A DNA stretch of 64,000 nt from positions 29,883,504-29,947,503 of the forward strand of contig OZ037765.1 of the NCBI GenBank assembly GCA_964035545.1, read 5' to 3'. The stretch comes from Bugula neritina. Lineage: Eukaryota; Animalia; Bryozoa. The notes beneath the pieces are model-generated. The model worked only from the letters and a program-made list of their open reading frames with translations, did not search any database and was not told the DNA's origin. Made by a program: the position numbers and the translations under genes. The first letter of the stretch is position 1. Each line of letters opens with the position of its first letter. Shown here one piece after another: positions 57,992 through 64,000 of the stretch.

Positions 57992-58632
57992 TACTACATA
58001 TGTCATATGTACGTTATAAAATAGTGTTTTGCTGTGTAACTGTGTTATTAAGTTTAGTGAACAACTGATTGTAGTAGGAAAATATTGATACATAACTTAT
58101 AATTTTTATTTATACACACAATGTAATATTTGAGTTAATTGATTCAATTCAATAGCAAACTTTATGCCAACAGTCATACTTCTGCTTTGAATCATTGTTT
58201 TAATGTTGCTAATAATAATTTAAGCAACTTTCTGTAAGCTGAATTATCCAAATTTTTAATTTTAATAATTAAACTCTACTGAGTACCTATATATATTTTT
58301 TGCACACACCACCTAAAACACAATGTAATTAGCATTGAAAGTAGTTTACAGAGCTTATATTCAAAACTTCTTCTTGTTAAAGACTTAAGAAATCATAGCT
58401 TATGCTGAATAAAAGTTTAAAAACCTTTAATTAGGTACTCTTCACATACTGCTTAAATATAAAAATCTTCTAAATGTAATAAAGTTTAGAATGATGAAAT
58501 TTTAAGCTAAGATTTTTAATTTCTGTATTATTAAATCAGAGTTTAATTTTAAAACCTGAACTTTGTTGAAATTAACTGCGACACACTTAATTTTAATTAT
58601 ATAATAAAATGTAGGTATACTACTTTTAGAAT

Positions 58633-61600
58633 ATGGCAGTGTCAAACTACTTCAAAGATCTCGAATTGGAAATAACTGCAACAGGGAATGATGTGCGAAC
58701 CGCTTACAAAAGATTAGCTAAGCAATGGCATCCTGACAAAAATAAAGAACCTGGTGCAGAAGAAAAGTTTAAACAAATATTGGCAGCATATAATCACTTA
58801 CAATCTGATGACAGACGTGAGACTCTTGCCAGAGAATTAAGGAGACAAAATGAGTCAAAAGCTGCTCCTATCCCTAAGCCACCCCCACAGCCTCCACCTG
58901 CAGCTCAACCTCCAACCAGACCTTCATCAGCGCATAATTTTCAACAAGCAAAGCATTCTGGAGATGCTAGGCCTAAATCCTATAAATCAAAAACAAAACA
59001 GTCCAATGCTTCCACAAGTAAAACTTCAAATGAAAGTTGGTGGGACAACTACAAGTCAAACAGTAGCAATAGTACTGAAAATAAAAGAGAGTCTAATCAA
59101 AAGACAAAGTTTAAAAGAACTAAATTTAGTAGGAACAGTCCTGAAAGATTCATGCATTCATTTATGAACTTTGATGATCCGTTTGACGATATTCTCTTCA
59201 GTATTTTCATGATTCCACCTAGTAAATCTCCACCTAAATCTAAACCTCGGGTTGATCCATTTGGTAACAAACTGCCAAATAACTTGATGTCGGAAAATAT
59301 TTATGATTGGAAGTCAGCTACAAAAGGACGAGGGCAGCAACCAGATTATCAAGAGTATCTCGATGGTTGGTGTTAGTTTAAATTGTGTTTAAAATAAGCC
59401 AATTATTATAATACTGTTAGATGACAAATATTATATAGTATTGTAAACAGAAATTAATCAACACCTAGAAGCCAAGATTAAATTTAAAAAAAACATGCAA
59501 AAATCTATTTAATTATAGCTCTGTATAACAAGTCATGTTTGTATAAATTTGTAATTTATATCTACAAATCTTTGTAATGATAAGCTGGTTTTAGGCAGAC
59601 TTTAGCAGGTGCCTCTTTTTTGTCAGTTTGTATGGGTTTGAGAAGCATGCATTTTTGACATCACCTTGCTGGTATTCAAGCTTATGTCCTTATACAAAAA
59701 GGCTGGTGCACGACCACTATACTACAACTACTCGCTGCATATACATTATATAACATATATGAAAAGACCAATTAGTTTTAGTTGCATGTGTTATAAGCAT
59801 TATAGTATAGATTATATATAAATCATTATGTATTTTATTGCAGATGAAACTGAATTTGCCTGTCATTATTGTGGACTTCTCATGGAGATAGACATGCTAG
59901 TAAGCTCATATAGTGTATCAGTATTGAATTATATGAATATAACAGTAGGCTAATGCTAGATCACCATAAAAATTAATTTACAATTCATTTCATTAAAGAA
60001 AAACTTGTGCAGAAATTTTAGCACATGGCAGTATATAATATTTGCTCGCTTATAAGTGAAACATTCCCAAAATCTTGAATCATTAGTGCATGCAGGTAAA
60101 GTGTTGGACAGCGCTAATTGATTTGATATATAATTACATGTAAAGACACAATTAATAGTACCAGTTCTCATGAATATAAAAATAAATTAATCATAAAATA
60201 TATTTTTATGAATTATCTCAAACATTAAGCCAGTTTATGTGATAACATTATTTATTATAAATCCTATGTCTATTTTTGCACTTCTATTTAGTAGTGTTTA
60301 TTAAGCCAGCAAATGTTATAAAACTTCACAGATAATATTTAAAATCTGTCCTTGCTATTGTTACAGCAAGCTTTACTGTTATACATATTTATATAGAGAA
60401 AACACGAGCCAAGATGTCAAAGACTAGGTGGAAAGACAGTGAAGCCTGGTTACCAGTTTGATGACGAAGAAGTCAATGAAGCATACGCTACAAACTTTAA
60501 TACTAAACCTAGTCAGGGCTCTAAGCCCAAATCATTTGCCAGGAAAATAGTCTGCCGATGGTGTGGGCAATCCTTCAGTGCTGGAGTTGCTGCAGCTCAT
60601 ATTGCGCAATGTCAGTTAGATAGGACAACTCCTAAAACTACTAGGGTAATACAATAATCCTATTTTTGTAATAGTTAATATTTTAGATGGCAATATCTCA
60701 CTTCTTAGCAGGAGTAATTGTCACTACAGCTTATATTATGACAACATGCTAATATAATGTGTGCAATTAGATGCAAGTTTAATGCCAAAGATATGGTAAT
60801 AATCAATATTTAGAATTGAATTGAGACACTTTTTTAAAAACCAAGCCGAGTTAAATGTTTTGTAATTTGACAGTTATTATCACTAGCCTTTACTAATTAG
60901 ATTTTCATATTATTGACACATTGTATTTTATTTTTGCACAGTACCCAAAATATTTTTCTGTTACTTTTTTATTTCTAGGGTCGTCCGGAGTGGAATAATA
61001 ATTTTGCAGAAACTGAGTATAACGGTAAGAATAAATACTATAATATTATATTACTTTCATGTCATCTAAAATTTTGTTAAAAGCACTTGGCACACACTAT
61101 TCTTAGTGTACTTGATATCATAAGCTGAATAGTTGCTGCTTTTTAACTACATTAGTGTATGTGTGGGGTATTAGCACCTCTTTATTTTATAATAGTTATA
61201 AAGTTATAATAGTTTCCTGTAGTAATAAACTACATATTATGATCATTAGTTTATGCACTGTGATTTTTGAGATAGTGTAATGCATATGTAGCAAAGACCA
61301 AATTTCACTTTTTCAATAAGCAAATGGTACGACACTATATACAAAGTCCTACATTAAATTTCGGCCTTTTTGTTGTAGTTTTGTAAATGCTTACAAATAA
61401 TTTTGCATTTTATAGTTGTTATCTATCTGTCTTGTTTCATATAGAACTGCAAGGTAGTTTGATTATATATAAATGGTATATACTGCTATAGCTATAGGGT
61501 GGTGAGTAAAATTCTAAAAATTAAAACATGGTAGATTTGAATCAAGAATTTGAAAAGCTATATCTATTAGGCAGCTAATCAGTATGCGTCACTTGTCTTG

Positions 61601-61660
61601 TTTGTAGAGCCACCGGAATCCATATTTGAGGAAAGACCGAGGTCGTCCCGCATAAAGTAA
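58633..61660 (+). CDS. J-domain (DnaJ) protein with a disordered linker and two C2HC zinc fingers (~378 aa)
   Basis: Exons 58633-59365, 59844-59899, 60397-60645, 60979-61024, 61608-61660. J domain with HPD (AYKRLAKQWHPDKNKEPGAEEKFKQILAAY). CHYCG..LRKHEPRC and CRWCGQSF..AAAHIAQC. The last two exons are less certain. Confidence 0.85.
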
Positions 61661-63237
61661 AAATTTTACTTATTACGCTCATGTAAACATTATAAAGTTA
61701 TTTGATTGAAGGGGAAATAACTTCAGCACTTATGTATCCTGTAAAAGTGCAGCCTAATAATGAAGAATATAAAGTTTTGTGACAACCACATGTGTTGTAA
61801 ATGGAGCAGATGATGTAGCCTATGCAATTATAATAGGCATCGTAATATAATCAACGAAGTTTTGTGAGACCTTGTGCTATTCCAAAAGTATTGTAGTTGA
61901 TACTAAAATAATATTACTGCTTCTATAATATTTGATAAAATATTGCATATCAAGTAGTTTTCTCACAATGATTGTAGTATTGATGACTTCAACCCCTTTG
62001 CCAGTAGTCCAAGGAAGGCATGCCTGTCTTGTAAAGTGAAATATGGACTTACCGCCCCAAACTACTGCATGCATTGCTGATTCAAGGCTATTAGTAGACA
62101 CAGCAAATATATTATAGTGCATTAATTTTTAAAAATTCATCACAAGAGCAGCATTTCCTCTTTATTTATAACATACTCTTAATACTTATTGAAACCCGCC
62201 TACAATATTACTGGTTTTTATAACATGAATTATTAATATTTATTTATGTTTTTATATTGTGACATTGATTATTATGTACTGGATATTCAAATCAGGTAGG
62301 TACTTAGCAAGTTTTATCAAATTTCAGTGACAATACAGCGAAATAGTACATTAGCTGCATTTTTAAGTTAAAGTCAGCTTTATAAAATTTTGTATTACAA
62401 GTTGTACATTGAAATCAATAAAAGCTGTGGGAGTAAACAGAAATTGCATTTATCATTACTGTTTGATGTCTGTATAGAATCCTACAATGCACATGCATAT
62501 CATATAATTATTGCTCTCATCTGTTGCTTGGGTTCTTGAATTCAGAACAAGGACAGAATTATGCCTGCACGTGGCGTGTCTAGCTATTATGTTGCAGTTA
62601 GTAATTAAAATTTTATTTCTAACATATTATACGCATATTAAATATAATGTAACATATTTTCAACATGATGATATATAATTTTTGACACAACACATGCCAT
62701 GATAAAATAAGACTGTAATGATGATGCAAATGTGACGATAGGATTTGATGAAAATGTATTTATTTCTCACATAATCATACTCTCACAAAGTTGAAAATTC
62801 TATTATGAATAAAGTAAAATAAAAGCAACCCAATATTAAAATCACGACACAAACATGGTTAAGTGAGAATAATAGATTATGCCTTAATGATAAGTAATGT
62901 AATTGTAAATATACTATACCTTTACCATCGAAATCATAAAAAACTTCTTGGAAAACAAACATGGCAAAATAATTGCCTTTGTCAACAATTACGGAACACT
63001 AGGTGAGTAGATATATTAAGTATAACATTTAAATATATAATTTAGCAAAATACAAAATTTAAATTAAGTACACTACAGTGGAATTTGCATAGGAGTTTGT
63101 ACAAAATGAGTATTGGACATAATTAATATACGAAACCGTCATTTTTCACAACTAATTTATATTTCAAAACAGACAACCGTTAGTAACTATTAATCTACCG
63201 TAAAACGTATCTTGGGCAACTCCAGTAAAAGGAGTTA

Positions 63238-63817
63238 TTATTCCACTTTAACAGAAACCCTGTGCCAGGAATTGTTCAACAAGCCCCGCAGATTCCAGAT
63301 ACCTTCTATTCGTTCTGGCTGTACGTTGTGGGAACTGTCTACAGCCTTGCATACCAAGTCTAATTTCTTCTTATTCTTAGGGATGGGTACTGTGGCCTCC
63401 CAGAGTGTCCACGCCCAGGACTTGTAAGGACTCTGGCCTACAGCAAACCTGACACTTACACAAGGAACATCACACATAATAAAGTGGGAATAATTCATGA
63501 TTATTACAGAAACTGTCGTCCCATTAACTTTCAAAATCAAGTTGGTTTGTAATAATTTAAGAGAGAAGAGAGAGAAAATATCATTATAAAAATTGAGCCT
63601 CTCATAAAAGCCTTCATACCATTATTATCAAGATCTGCATTTAGCCAAGTTTCCCCGCCATCTAATGACAGGTCAACACGGGCAATGCCTCTACCGCCCC
63701 CACTGAATGCATATCCTCTCACTGTTACATAGCCATCATCTGCACTAACAGAACTGCTAGCTGACGGCTCAGATATGACAGACTGTACTGGTGTTTCCTG
63801 TACAGCATACGCCGTGT
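63238..63817 (-). CDS. SUOX: Sulfite oxidase, last two exons (dimerisation domain); gene continues beyond the window
   Basis: Exons 63817-63620 (AVQETPVQSVISEP..VRGYAFSGGGRGIARVDLSLDGGETW) and 63437-63238 (WAWTLW..CKAVDSSHNVQPE..IWNLRGLLNNSWHRV). Confidence 0.93.
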
Positions 63818-64000
63818 CTGCAACATTCACATACGATGACTGGTCAAACACAGCAGCAAACTTACGACACAAACACATTCTTACAAGATGATGAGATTCC
63901 ATTCCCAGCATATTTCTGCATGTGTAATTTCTAGTGGTTTGTCTCATTCTCTTACACAATAGCCTTTGCTCTTGAATAAAAAGCCCTTTTTATAAAAAAA

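Overview
AT-rich, intron-rich invertebrate animal DNA. It is probably spiralian/lophotrochozoan, but that is an inference. I reconstructed 10 spliced protein-coding genes by reading GT-AG junctions and checking phase. In order: RNF38/RNF44-type RING-H2 ligase (+, 5' end probably outside the window); Crooked-like GPI-anchored Ly6 protein (-); a head-to-head, 13-exon Cys-rich cell-surface protein resembling the DUF7042-7044/Undicht family (+); TTC33 (-); ASPDH (-); ORC2 (+); an alpha2-adrenergic/Oct-alpha2R-like GPCR (-); EBAG9/RCAS1 (-); a DnaJ protein with two C2HC zinc fingers (+); and the 3' end of sulfite oxidase (-). Mobile DNA includes a non-autonomous hAT with an 8-bp TSD, a decayed full-length Tc1, an internally deleted pogo, a young MITE with perfect 73-bp TIRs, a 121-bp hairpin element, tRNA-derived SINEs and an RTE LINE tail. 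Best leads: (1) a candidate dicistronic ASPDH->TTC33 transcript, with no canonical polyA signal between the genes, a stop codon in a hairpin loop and chained TAATG/ATGA stop-start overlaps; (2) a putative septate-junction gene pair (crok-like and udt-like) on one ~650-bp bidirectional promoter; (3) degenerate hexamer-periodic tracts beside the putative divergent promoters; (4) a 9-nt microexon. All family assignments come from recalled motifs, not database searches.
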